From: an uncultured delta proteobacterium
GTDB lineage: Bacteria; Desulfobacterota; Desulfuromonadia; Desulfuromonadales; JACZKF01
DNA length: 64,000 bases
Reading direction: 5' to 3'
Assembly: GCA_963816395.1 (NCBI GenBank)
Contig: CAWFKQ010000007.1
Span: 128,001-192,000, forward strand
Part shown: one piece after another, positions 32,442 through 42,868 of the stretch
Numbering within the stretch: position 1 is the stretch's first letter
Layout: each line of letters starts with the position of its first letter
Program-made: the position numbers and the translations under genes
The notes under the pieces: model-generated
The model's input: only the letters and a program-made list of their open reading frames with translations
What the model was told of the DNA's origin: nothing
The model's database searches: none

Positions 32442-33193
32442 CAGGTTTTCTCCACCGCACAAGTATCAGTAATCGGCTTGCGTCTGTTCTTCATATGCAG
32501 TTTCCAGAAAAATCCGGCCAGGCTGTCGCCGTAGGAGATCGCCTTGCGCGGCAGCAGCATGAGATCGTCGCCGGCGACCGCGCTGGCCCGGATGCAGCTC
32601 AGAGCCGCACGGTAACCTGCCTGCCTGACCGTCGCCACCACTTCCGCATCGAAATCACCCGCCGGATAGCAGAAATATTCGATTTCCTCCCCCAGCATCG
32701 CCGCCAGTTTTTCCTTGCTCTCGAAGACTTCCCGACGCATCTGCCCGCGGTCGATCCGGCTCAGGCGCGGATGAGTCAGAGTATGCGCGCCCAGGGTGAT
32801 GCCATGAGGGCGGATTTTCCGCAGGGTGGCCGTGTCCATCAGCGGCGGGGCCTCCCGGCCGTCGGCGCCCAGCCAGCGGGAGGGCTGGCCCAGGAGATCG
32901 CTGACCAGGAAAACGGTGGCGGGAAAACCATGGCGCCGCAGGACGGGAAAAGCGTAATCATAGAAATTCTGATACCCGTCATCGAAAGTCAAGACGACGG
33001 AGTGCCCCTGCAGGGGAATTTCCCCGGAGATCGCCGCCACCGCCTCGGGCAGGCTTATGACGCGATAGCCCAAAAGACGCAGATACGCCATCTGCGCCTT
33101 GAACCGGCGGATATGACAATAGGTGGATCGATGCGCGGCGGGCCGCGCGAATTCCCCCACCTGGTGATACATGAGAATCGAAATCTTATTCAT
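32441..33193 (-). CDS. Polysaccharide deacetylase (CE4/NodB)
   Basis: ILMYHQV, TFDDGY, HTLTHP and FCYPAG. Confidence 0.9.
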   Translation of the reverse strand: MNKISILMYHQVGEFARPAAHRSTYCHIRRFKAQMAYLRLLGYRVISLPEAVAAISGEIPLQGHSVVLTFDDGYQNFYDYAFPVLRRHGFPATVFLVSDLLGQPSRWLGADGREAPPLMDTATLRKIRPHGITLGAHTLTHPRLSRIDRGQMRREVFESKEKLAAMLGEEIEYFCYPAGDFDAEVVATVRQAGYRAALSCIRASAVAGDDLMLLPRKAISYGDSLAGFFWKLHMKNRRKPITDTCAVEKT

Positions 33194-33232
33194 GCGGACC
33201 GGAATGATGAATCGTCGCCATGCACGTCGGAA

Positions 33233-33400
33233 TCAGAATTTCTCCGCTTCATCGATCAGCATGACCGGGATTTCGTCGCGGATCGGATAGGCCAGACGGC
33301 AGGCGTCGCAGAGGATGGCCGTGCCGTCCTGGCGCAGGCGAATGTTCCCCTTGCACTTCGGGCAGGCGAGAATATCAAGCAGTTCGCGGGAAATGGTCAT
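33233..33400 (-). CDS. Trm112/YcaR family small protein
   Basis: LLDILACPKCKG...C..C.LAYPIRDEIPVMLIDEA, downstream of lpxK as is typical. Confidence 0.9.
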   Translation of the reverse strand: MTISRELLDILACPKCKGNIRLRQDGTAILCDACRLAYPIRDEIPVMLIDEAEKF

Positions 33401-34479
33401 GTGCTCCTCCCCTGTTAAGTAGCTCTCGCAAGAGGCCTTCCAGTTTCCCCTCTTCCCGGAAGACCAGCCGGACCGGCACCTGGTAGCAAGGGACCGGGAA
33501 TTGCCTGTCGCCAAGCTTCACCGCATCTTTTTCGGTGGTGATCAGGTAGTCTGCGCCAGCGGCCGCAGCGGCCAGGCGCGTTAATTCGGCTGACCCGTAT
33601 CCGGCATGGTCGGCCAATGCCAGGGTGTGGACCAGATGCAGGCCGGCATGACGCAGGTCGGTGAAAAAGCCTTCGGGATCGGCGATTCCGGCGAAAGCCA
33701 CACCGCGCCTGCCGGCCAGTTCCGCCAGGGAAACCGCCTCCCCCGCCAGGGAAACCGCCTGCCGGTCGAGCAGGTGCCGGCTGTGCAGAACGGGGTCCGG
33801 CAGAGATGGCCAAGACGGCCAATCTTCCCGGCAGCGGGTGAGAATGAAAAGGTGCCCGCGCTGCAGCGCGGCCGGAAACTCCCGCAGGACCCCGGCCGGC
33901 AGAACGCGGCCGTTGCCGAGGGGGCGGCGACCGTCGAGCAGCACGATGTCGAGATCCCGGGCGACCGCCAGGTGCTGAAAACCATCGTCCAGGACGATAA
34001 CCTCGGCGCCGAACCGCTCCACTGCCAGCTGTATCCCCGCCGCCCGCCGCGGCGCCACCAGGACCAGCGCCCGGGGGTTGCGCCGGGCCAGCAGGTAAGG
34101 CTCGTCGCCGCAGACCGCTGGCGGCAGCAAAGGGCCGCTGCCGCTGCACACCACCCCGACCCCGCCGACCGTCCCCGTGCCGCCGTAACCGCGGCTGACC
34201 ACGGCCACCTTCTTTCCAGCCGCGAGCAGGTGCCTGACCACGAAATCGACTGCGGGCGTCTTCCCGGTACCACCAGCGGCCAGGTTGCCGATCGATATGA
34301 CCGGCACCGGGGCGCGGTAGACGGAAAAGATTCCCCGCCGGTAAAGAGCGCCCCGGATCGCTCCGGCCATTCCGTACAGCCAGCCCGCGGGGATCAGCGA
34401 CCACGCCAGCAGGCGCTCGCCTGAAGGTGAGCGGGGCCGGGCCGGTCAGGCGCCGGTGCAGGCCAAGCCACCGGTTCAT
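33375..34479 (-). CDS. lpxK: Tetraacyldisaccharide 4'-kinase (frameshift near the N-terminus)
   Basis: ISIGNLAAGGTGKTP, SRGYG, GDEP, LDDGFQH and TTEKDAVK. Confidence 0.95.
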
Positions 34480-35777
34480 GCGGCCGTTTCCAGCTGGCGC
34501 CTGAGAACCTCCACCGTATGGCGGGTCGCCCCGACATTCTGCTGCAGCAGCGTGAAACCACCCTCCCCCATGTGCCGGCGCAGCTCGGAATTGGTCAGCA
34601 GGCCGGCAACCGCATTGTGCAGCCCTGCCTCGTCTTCGATCTGCATCCCGCCGCCGGCTTCCAGCAGCAGGCGGGCGATTTCCCGGAAATTATGCATGTA
34701 GGGGCCGAAGATTACGGGTTTATGCACCAGGGCAGCTTCCAGGACATTGTGGCCGCCGACCGGCACCAGGCTGCCGCCCAGAAACACCAGGTCCGCCGCC
34801 GCATAGATCTTGAGCATTTCCCCCAAGGTGTCGACCAGGAGAACCTCTCCGGCCTGCAGCGGTCCAGATCTCTCGCCGATCCGGGTACGCAGGGTAACGG
34901 AGAGACCGCGGTCGGCCAGCATGGAGGCGACCGCCCGAACCCGCTCGGGGTGCCGAGGCACCAAGGCCAGGACGATCTGGCGACCTTCCGCCAGCAACCG
35001 GCGGTAAACCTCCGCCACCATCTCCTCTTCACCGGAATGCGTGCTGCCGGCAGCCCATACGGGGCAGTCCGCCGGGAGGGCGAGCGTTTCCTTCAGGCTC
35101 TCGGGCTGGGCATGGTTGACCGCCGGCGCCTGCATATCGAACTTGAGATTGCGCGTCACCTCGATCCTCTCCGCCGGAGCGCCGATCAGGCGAATGCGTT
35201 CGGCATCCTGCGCCGTCTGCATGCAGAAGGCGGAGAAATGGGAGAGGACCGGCCGCACCAGCGGCCGCAGCCGACGGTAGCGGGGGAAAGAGCGGTCGGA
35301 AATGCGCCCGTTCACCAGCACCACGGGTATCCCTTTCCGGTGGGCGATTCGCACGAAATTCGGCCAGATTTCGGTTTCCACGATAACGATCAGGGAGGGC
35401 TGCACCTGGCGCAGAACCCGCCGCACCACCCAGGAAAGATCAAAGGGAAAGAACAGGCAGAGCGCCGCGTCCGGGATGCCGCGCGCCACCGCATGCCCGG
35501 TTTCGGTCACATTGGAGACGATCAGGGCATGACCGGGGAAGGCTTCCGTCAGCGCTTTCACCAAGGGGATGGCGGCTCGCGTTTCACCGACAGAGACGGC
35601 ATGGACCCAGATGACCGGCCGGCCAGCCAGAGACTTGAGGCGATCCGGAAGATAGAAGCCCAGCCGCTCCCTGATACCCCGTCGCACCTTGCCGTAGCGC
35701 CAGCCCCGGAAAAGGTAGTAGGGCACCAGGACCGTTGCGGCAGCCAGCAGGAGCAGATCATACAGGAGATATACCAT
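34476..35777 (-). CDS. waaA: Kdo transferase
   Basis: WVHAVSVGE, ETEIWPN, NLKFD, GSTH and GGHNVLE. Confidence 0.96.
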   Translation of the reverse strand: MVYLLYDLLLLAAATVLVPYYLFRGWRYGKVRRGIRERLGFYLPDRLKSLAGRPVIWVHAVSVGETRAAIPLVKALTEAFPGHALIVSNVTETGHAVARGIPDAALCLFFPFDLSWVVRRVLRQVQPSLIVIVETEIWPNFVRIAHRKGIPVVLVNGRISDRSFPRYRRLRPLVRPVLSHFSAFCMQTAQDAERIRLIGAPAERIEVTRNLKFDMQAPAVNHAQPESLKETLALPADCPVWAAGSTHSGEEEMVAEVYRRLLAEGRQIVLALVPRHPERVRAVASMLADRGLSVTLRTRIGERSGPLQAGEVLLVDTLGEMLKIYAAADLVFLGGSLVPVGGHNVLEAALVHKPVIFGPYMHNFREIARLLLEAGGGMQIEDEAGLHNAVAGLLTNSELRRHMGEGGFTLLQQNVGATRHTVEVLRRQLETAA

Positions 35778-36430
35778 GCTTCTCCAAGCGGGCGCGGGCC
35801 CTTCTCTCGGTTTCTTCCATAGCCTGCTGCAGGCGACTCTGAAAGCTCACCGGGCTCTCTTCCGCCATCCAATGCACCGGGGCGCCGTAAGCGAAAACGC
35901 CGCGGGCAAAGGGGAACGGGAAAAGAAAGCGGTCCCAGGAACCGAAGCGGTGTCCCCGGCTGCAGGCGAAGGCCATCGGTATTACCGGTCTGCCGGTCAG
36001 GCGGGTGAGCTGCACCACCCCTTCTTTGAGCTGGTGGCGCGGCCCTTTGGGACCATCCGGGGTGATCACCAGATCTACCGGCTCGCGCGCCTGCACGATC
36101 AGAGCGCGAAAAGCGGCTCGCCCACCCCGGCTGGAGGAGCCGCGCACCGCCCCCTGACCGAAATATTGCATGGTTCGGGCGATCAACTCCCCATCTTTGG
36201 AGGCGCTGATCAGGATCTTCGCCCCCGGCCCGCGGTAGGCTTTCGCCATCAACAGGAGTTGGTCATGCCAGAAGGCGAGAATAACGTTTTCCCCCCGCCT
36301 GCCAGAAAGACCGGGGGAATTCCTCATCGAGGGTTTCGATGCGGACCAGAGCATGCAGCAGCCGGATGGTGACGGCGGCCAGAGGGGGGGCGAGCTGCAG
36401 CAGCAGCCAATCTCCCAGGCCTCCTTTCAT
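35758..36430 (-). CDS. DUF374 acyltransferase (LpxJ-like lipid A late acyltransferase), frameshift near 36295
   Basis: AFWH, SASKDGE, RGSSSRGG, TPDGPKGP and SWDRF. Confidence 0.8.
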
Positions 36431-38178
36431 GCCGATTCCTGAAATTGCATGTCGTACAATTTGCGGTACAGCCCCCCGCCGTCCAGCAGTTCCTGGTGGG
36501 TGCCGGTCTGGCAGATCCGGCCGCTCTCGATCACCACGATCTTATCCGCCCGCATGATGGTCGACAGCCGATGGGCAATAACCAGAGTCGTGCGGTTCCT
36601 CATCAGGTTGCCCAAAGCCTTCTGCACCATCGCTTCGCTTTCGGTGTCGAGGGCGCTGGTTGCCTCATCGAGAATCAGGATCGGTGCATTGCGCAGAATC
36701 GCCCGGGCGATGCAGATCCGCTGACGTTGACCGCCGGACAGGCGCAGGCCCCGATCGCCGATCCGCGTCTGGAAACCAGCCGGCATTTCCTCGATGAAAT
36801 TGTCCGCGTAGGCCAGGCGGGCCGCTTCCCTGACCTCCGCATCGGTTGCCTGGAAACGCCCGTAGCGGATGTTCTCGGTAATAGTTTCGTTGAAAAGGAA
36901 GGTCTCCTGGTCGACCAGGGCAATATTCTGCCGCAGACTATCCAGCGTCACCTCGCGGATATCCTCGCCATCGATCCGGATAGCTCCTGCCTGGGGATCG
37001 TAGAAGCGGTTGAGAAGCCCGGCCACCGTCGACTTGCCGGCGCCGCTCGGCCCGACCAGGGCGACGACTTCCCCGGGGGCGGCTCGCAAGGAGAAATCCA
37101 CCAGGATCGGTTCGGTATGGTAAGCGAAGCTGACCCGATCGAATTCGATTTCGCCGCGCGCCCGCGGCAGAATCCGGGCATCCAGCCGGTCCTGGAAATC
37201 AGGTTCCTCGTCGAGGAGCTCAAAAACCCGGTCAGCCGCTCCCATCGACTGCTGGATGGTATTATAGGCCTTGTTCAGGCGTTTCACCGGGGTGTAAATC
37301 ATCAGGATGGCCACGGAGATGGAGAGCAGTTCCCCTTTGGTCATGGCGCCGGACAGCACCCGGTGCACACCGTACCAGAGAACGGCCGCCGTGCCCAGAG
37401 AAGCCAGAATTTCCATCAGCGGCGCCGAGAGGGCATTGTACTTGATCAGTTTGCGCATGAAAACATAGTAATTGTTGTTCTCGCGCCCGAATTTATCGAT
37501 CTCCGACTGCTCAGTACCGAACGACTTGATGACCTTGATCCCGGAAAAGGCCTGTTCGAGCACCGAGGTCAGGAGGCTCATGGCGCCCTGCCCGCGGCGG
37601 GAATAGTTCTTGATCTTTTTGCCGATGAGGGAAGCGGGACCGAAAGCCAGGGGGATGACGACAAAGGCGGCGATGGAGAGTTTCCAGTCCTGGTAAAAGG
37701 CAAGCCCCACCAGACCGATAAGGGTCGATCCCTCGCGGATGACGTCGACCAGAACGTTTGATCCAGCCCGCTGCATGGCACCGACATCATTGAGAATGCG
37801 TGACATGTGGGCACCGGCCGTATGCCGGGCGTAGTACCCCATGGTCAGTCGCGAGTAGTGTCTGAAGACGTGGTTGCGGATATCCTGGATGACCAGTTGC
37901 CCGGCGGTACGGATATAGTATTCCTGGACATAGCGGGAGCAGCCCTTGATCATCGCCAGCCCGATCACCACGACCGGGACAATGTTGATCAGGTCGATGC
38001 CGCTCGGCGCCAGCACCCGGTCTATCAGCGGCTGGACCAGTTTGGCATAGGTCACGTCGGCTCCGGAAACAACCAGGCTGGCCAGCACGGACCAGGCGAT
38101 CCGCCGCCGGTAGGGAATCACATACCCAAGAAGCCGTCTATAGGTATTTTTATAGAATTCTGGACGCAGTTTTTTCAT
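36427..38178 (-). CDS. msbA: Lipid A-core flippase ABC transporter
   Basis: TM domain plus GPSGAGKS, LSGGQRQR and DEATSALD, located between lpxB and waaA. Confidence 0.92.
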   Translation of the reverse strand: MKKLRPEFYKNTYRRLLGYVIPYRRRIAWSVLASLVVSGADVTYAKLVQPLIDRVLAPSGIDLINIVPVVVIGLAMIKGCSRYVQEYYIRTAGQLVIQDIRNHVFRHYSRLTMGYYARHTAGAHMSRILNDVGAMQRAGSNVLVDVIREGSTLIGLVGLAFYQDWKLSIAAFVVIPLAFGPASLIGKKIKNYSRRGQGAMSLLTSVLEQAFSGIKVIKSFGTEQSEIDKFGRENNNYYVFMRKLIKYNALSAPLMEILASLGTAAVLWYGVHRVLSGAMTKGELLSISVAILMIYTPVKRLNKAYNTIQQSMGAADRVFELLDEEPDFQDRLDARILPRARGEIEFDRVSFAYHTEPILVDFSLRAAPGEVVALVGPSGAGKSTVAGLLNRFYDPQAGAIRIDGEDIREVTLDSLRQNIALVDQETFLFNETITENIRYGRFQATDAEVREAARLAYADNFIEEMPAGFQTRIGDRGLRLSGGQRQRICIARAILRNAPILILDEATSALDTESEAMVQKALGNLMRNRTTLVIAHRLSTIMRADKIVVIESGRICQTGTHQELLDGGGLYRKLYDMQFQESA

Positions 38179-39417
38179 TCCGTTCTCATCCGCACACCGC
38201 GGCTCATCTCCGAGGCCATGCGGGCCACCCGCAGGGAACACCCCCTATCCCCCATTTTATTGCGAATCATGCTCAAACCCTGGCGGATGCACCCGGCGTA
38301 CTGCCGGTCGGTAAGAATCCTGCCGATTTCCCCGGCAACCGCTTCCGGGGTAGCCTGCCTCCTGAATGAATTCCCGGACCACCTCCCGCCCAGCCACGAT
38401 ATTGGCCAGGCTCACATGCGGCAGCCGGACCAGCCGGCGGCCGATCTGGTAGGTAAGCGGCGCCATCTGATACAGAATAGCCATGGGAGTGCCAACCAGG
38501 GCCGTCTGCAAGGTGACGGTGCCGGAGACACAGATAACCGCATCACAGGCGTTGGCCACATCGTAGATGTTGTCATGAATGACCGTTACCGGCAGAGCAC
38601 GGCCAGCCAGTCGCCGGTGAAATTCTTCGGCCTCCAGCGAGGGCGCCACCGGCAGAAGAAACTGGATGCCGGGGAATCGCTGGTGCAGCAGGTCTGCGGC
38701 CGCAAGAATCGTCTCCAGAATATATTTGAGCTCGTTGCGCCGGCTGCCGGGAAACAGGCCAACCACCGGCTGCAGCGGGTCGAGACCGTAGGCGCCGGTG
38801 ATTGCCTCCCGCTCCCGGCCGACTTGCGCCTCATCCAGCAGCGGGTTGCCCACGTATTCGACCTCAATATCCTGTCCTCGGTAAAACTCCGGCTCGAAGG
38901 GGAAGATCACCGCGAGTTTATCGACCACCCGGGCGATCTTCTTCACCCGTCCCCGCCGCCAGGCCCATACCTGCGGGCTGACATAATATAATACCGGCAC
39001 TCCCACCCTTTTGGCTACCCGGGCCAGGCGCAGGTTGAAATCCGGGAAATCGATGAGAATCAGCAGGTCGGGGCGGCTGTTCGCGGTCAGAAGCCTTTTC
39101 AACCGGCGGAAAGCCCGGAAGATGACCGGAAAATGCCCGAGAACCTCCACCAGCCCCATCACTGCCAGGGTTTCCCCGGGGATCAAGATCTCGCAGCCGG
39201 CTTCAGCCATCCGTTTGCCGCCAACGCCGAAAAAGGCGAGGCCGGGATCGACTTCCCGCGCCGCCCTGATCAGATTGGCGCCATGCAGGTCGCCGGAAGC
39301 CTCGCCGGTGACGATCAGCGCCCGGCGCTGATCGTCGTGAGGAGTGAGGGGTGAGGAGTGAGGCGAAACCCCATCCCCCACTTTCGTCTTTTCCAAATTT
39401 TCCCTTTTACTCCTCAC
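38175..39417 (-). CDS. lpxB: Lipid-A-disaccharide synthase (frameshift near 38355; start uncertain)
   Basis: GEASGDLHG, IDFPDFN, YYVSPQVWAWR, PGSRRNE and SGTVTL. Confidence 0.95.
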
Positions 39418-39438
39418 ACCTCACGCCTCACCCCTCAC
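39337..39438. repeat. Palindromic heptamer element (GTGAGGN)4 ... (NCCTCAC)4
   Basis: 28-nt arms at 39337-39364 and 39411-39438 around a 46-nt spacer. Confidence 0.92.
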
Positions 39439-40528
39439 GGCTTTGCACAGCACCTCGCATACCCGCTCGACCTGCATTTCGGTCAGTTCCGGATAGATCG
39501 GCAGGGAGAGGACCTCGGCGGCGGCTTTCTCCGCCTGCGGGAAAGAGGCACCGGCCCAGGCTCCGGCATAGACTTCCTGCCGGTGCAGCGGAATCGGGTA
39601 GTATACGGCGGAAGCAATACCGGCGGCGTTCAACGCCTGCTGAATGGCTTCCCGGTGTCCGGTCCGGATGGTGTACTGGTGGTAGACATGCAGACTTTTG
39701 CCGTCTTCCGCCGGCGGGACCACCCCACCTGCCTGTAAATGACGGGTATAAAGGTGGGCATTGCGCCGCCGCAGCCGGTTGTAATCATCAAGGTGCGGGA
39801 GCTTGGCGCGCAGCACCACCGCCTGCAGCTCATCGAGCCGGCTGTTGTAGCCGATCAGCGAATGGTGGTAGCGCTGACGGCTGCCGTGATTCCCGAGCAC
39901 CCGCACAGTCTCGGCCAGGGCATCATCATTGGTAACCACCATGCCGCCGTCACCGTAGCAGCCGAGGTTTTTGCTGGGGAAGAAGGAAAAGCAGCCGAAA
40001 TCGCCCCAGGCTCCGGTTTTTCTGCCGCCGTACTCGGCGCCGAAAGACTGGGCACAGTCCTCGATGAGTTTCAGATTGTACTTCCTGCAGAGAGCGGCAA
40101 TCGCCTCGAGATCCGCCGGCTGGCCGAACAGATGGACCGGGACAATGGCCCGGGTGCGGTCGGTGATCGCCCCTTCGATCTGAGTTAACGTCGATATTGA
40201 AGGTATCCGGATCGATATCGACGAATACCGGCCGGGCGCCCACATAGGAGATCGCCTCGGCGGTGGCAATGAAGGTGAAGGGGGTGGTGATCACCTCGTC
40301 GGCCGGGCCGATACCGGCCGCCCGCAGGGCCAGGTGCAGAGCATCGGTACCGGAGGCAACGCCGATCGCATGGCGGACGCCGCAATAACCGGCCACCTCC
40401 TCCTCCAGGGCCTTGCCGTTCGGCCCCAGAATGAAATGAGTGCTGGAGAGAACCTGCTGGAATCCCCTTTCAATTTCCTCCCGCAGGGTCTCGTACTGCA
40501 CTTTCAGGTCGACCATCGGAATGTTCAT
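39421..40528 (-). CDS. gnnB: DegT/DnrJ PLP aminotransferase, GnnB-like (frameshift near 40185)
   Basis: SGTDAL, FTFIAT, EDCAQS, FSFFPSKNLG and NSRLD; located between gnnA and lpxB. Confidence 0.8.
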
Positions 40529-40552
40529 TCTTTCCTCCAAGCCGCAGCTCCC

Positions 40553-40581
40553 AAAAAAATGAGGGCGAGGCCGCCCTCGCC
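40553..40581 (-). terminator. Possible intrinsic terminator between gnnA and gnnB
   Basis: Minus strand GAGGGCG-GCCT-CGCCCTC followed by A-T7. Confidence 0.5.
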
Positions 40582-40667
40582 AGGAAACAAAAAGTGCAAG
40601 GCAGAAAAGGTTGTCAGAAAAGGGGAATCCGGATAGCCACCGGCCACTCTCCTGCAACCTTTCCCTT

Positions 40668-41630
40668 TCACCTTGAATTGGGTGTGATGACCTCGTGCCA
40701 AAGCTTGCGGTTGATCTCCAGCGCCAGTTCAAGCGCCCGTTTGCCGTCTTCGCCCGTCACCAGCGGTGGAGTTCCCTCCCGAACCGCTGTCACAAAAGCC
40801 TGGATTTCCTCCCGCAGGGCATCTCCCTGCTCGAAGGTCTTCTCCTCCATAGTGACCTGCGGCAAGCCGGGAACGGCCAGCCCCTTCCCCTCCTTGCGCA
40901 GAATGGCAATCTTGCGCGCCTGGTAATCGATGGATATGTAGGCGTCCGCCTGAAAGATGCGGATCTTGCGCATCGCTTCCCGGCTGACCCGGCTGGCGGT
41001 GACATTGGCCACACAACCATTTTCGAACTGCAGGCGGGCATTGGCGATATCCACCTCTTCACTGATCACCGGCACCCCGACAGAGTTGACCAGCTTGACG
41101 GAGGAGGGGACGATATTCAGGATGATGTCGATGTCGTGAATCATCAGGTCGAGAACGACGTTGACATCCGTGCCCCGGGGCTTGAAGGGGGCCAGCCGGT
41201 GCGACTCGACGAACAGTGGATTGTTGATTACCCCCTTCAGTGCCAGCACCGCCGGATTGAAGCGCTCCAGGTGCCCGACCTGAAAAACCAGCCGCTGCTC
41301 CGCCGCCAGGCGGATCAGTTCGTCGGCTTCCTCTGTGGTCTGAGTGATCGGCTTCTCCAGCAGGATATGCCGACCGGCCGCCAGGCAATCGCGCGCTACC
41401 GGAAAATGGTGGTGGGTGGGCACTGCAATGCAGGCCAAGTCGATCCGGTCGAGGATCTCCCGATAATCGGTAAAGGCGCCGGTGCCCACCTCGGCGGCGA
41501 CCTCCTCCGCCCGCTGACGGCTGCTGTCGACGACTCCGACCAGTTCGACTGCGTCCATGGCGGCCAGTTTCTGGGCATGGAATCGTCCCAGATAACCGAC
41601 GCCGATAACGGCCGCGCGCAATTTCCCCAT
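40668..41630 (-). CDS. gnnA: Gfo/Idh/MocA oxidoreductase, GnnA-like UDP-GlcNAc 3-dehydrogenase
   Basis: GVGYLG, LEKP, GHLERFNP and DLMIHDID; directly downstream of lpxA. Confidence 0.8.
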   Translation of the reverse strand: MGKLRAAVIGVGYLGRFHAQKLAAMDAVELVGVVDSSRQRAEEVAAEVGTGAFTDYREILDRIDLACIAVPTHHHFPVARDCLAAGRHILLEKPITQTTEEADELIRLAAEQRLVFQVGHLERFNPAVLALKGVINNPLFVESHRLAPFKPRGTDVNVVLDLMIHDIDIILNIVPSSVKLVNSVGVPVISEEVDIANARLQFENGCVANVTASRVSREAMRKIRIFQADAYISIDYQARKIAILRKEGKGLAVPGLPQVTMEEKTFEQGDALREEIQAFVTAVREGTPPLVTGEDGKRALELALEINRKLWHEVITPNSR

Positions 41631-41643
41631 GTTCCTGTCGTCC

Positions 41644-42414
41644 TCAGCGGGCAATGCCGCGCTCACTGTTCCGAATGAAGTCAATGAAGGCCCTGAGTTC
41701 GGGAGTCTGCTCCAGTTCGGCGGCAATCCGCTCCAACGCCTCTTCCACCCGCAAGCCGGAACGGTAGACCAGCTTGTAAGCGCGCTTGATGCCGCGGATG
41801 ACCGGTTCGGAAAAACCCCGCCGCTGCAGACCTACCAGATTCAGACCGACGGTTTTCGCTCGATCCCCCTGGGCAATGGTATAAGGAGGGATATCCTGGG
41901 CGACCATGGCGCCGCCGCTGACCATCACGTGGCAGCCGATGCGGGTGAATTGATGAACGGCCGAGAGCCCGCCCAAAATGGCGAAGTCATCCACAATCAC
42001 ATGCCCCGCCAGGGTCGCCCCATTGGCCAGAATCACCCGGTTGGCAACTCGGCAGTCGTGCGCCACGTGGGAGTAGGACATGAACAGGTTATCGTTGCCA
42101 ATGACCGTCTCTCCGCCCCCCCCTTCGGTTCCCAGGTGCAGGGTGACGAATTCGCGTACGGTATTGCGATCGCCGATACGCAGCCAGGTCTTCTCGCCGT
42201 GGAATTTAAGATCCTGCGGAACGGCGCCGACGGAAGCGAACTGGAAAATACGGTTGTCGCGACCGATCTCAGTCCACCCTTCGATTACCGCATGCGTACC
42301 GACACTGGTGCCGTCGCCAAGGATGACGTGCTCGCCGATAACGGCATAAGGGCCGATCTCTACCCCCTGGCCAACTTGGGCTCCGGGGTGGACAATGGCG
42401 GTTTTGTGAATCAT
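41644..42414 (-). CDS. lpxA: UDP-N-acetylglucosamine acyltransferase
   Basis: Hexapeptide repeats, PQDLKF, HVAHDC and VHQF. Confidence 0.97.
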   Translation of the reverse strand: MIHKTAIVHPGAQVGQGVEIGPYAVIGEHVILGDGTSVGTHAVIEGWTEIGRDNRIFQFASVGAVPQDLKFHGEKTWLRIGDRNTVREFVTLHLGTEGGGGETVIGNDNLFMSYSHVAHDCRVANRVILANGATLAGHVIVDDFAILGGLSAVHQFTRIGCHVMVSGGAMVAQDIPPYTIAQGDRAKTVGLNLVGLQRRGFSEPVIRGIKRAYKLVYRSGLRVEEALERIAAELEQTPELRAFIDFIRNSERGIAR

Positions 42415-42419
42415 CGATC

Positions 42420-42863
42420 TCAAGCTTTCTGCCGCGGAGCGAAAGTAGCTTTCAGATCAGCTTCGGCAGCCAAGGCCTCACCTACGAAAGCCTTGCCGCT
42501 GAAACCGTACAGGCCGCGCTTACAGTATTCCAGTTCCAGTTCAAAACGCAGGACATCCCCGGGAACGACCGGCCGGCGGAAGCGGGCATTGTCGATGCCG
42601 GCGAAGTAGGTCACCTTGTCATCACCGATATTATCGCTGACCATGGCGAAAACCCCGCCAACCTGCGCCATCGCCTCGATGATAAGCACCCCCGGCATGA
42701 CCGGATGGCCGGGGAAATGCCCTTGGAAAAAAGGCTCGTTAATGGTGACATTCTTGATGCCGACGATCCTTTTCCCCTTTTCCAGTTCGACAATGCGATC
42801 GACCAGGAGAAACGGGTAACGATGGGGCAGAAGTTTCATGATTTCCAGGGTATTCAGTTCCAT
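42420..42863 (-). CDS. fabZ: 3-hydroxyacyl-ACP dehydratase
   Basis: [12 protein letters not shown] and [20 protein letters not shown]. Confidence 0.98.
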   Translation of the reverse strand: MELNTLEIMKLLPHRYPFLLVDRIVELEKGKRIVGIKNVTINEPFFQGHFPGHPVMPGVLIIEAMAQVGGVFAMVSDNIGDDKVTYFAGIDNARFRRPVVPGDVLRFELELEYCKRGLYGFSGKAFVGEALAAEADLKATFAPRQKA

Positions 42864-42868
42864 GGCAG

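Noticed and set aside
33722..33760. 18-bp direct repeat with 21-nt period in lpxK (AVSLAGE-AVSLAE)
   Set aside because: A simple in-frame micro-duplication in a variable linker, with no evidence of function.
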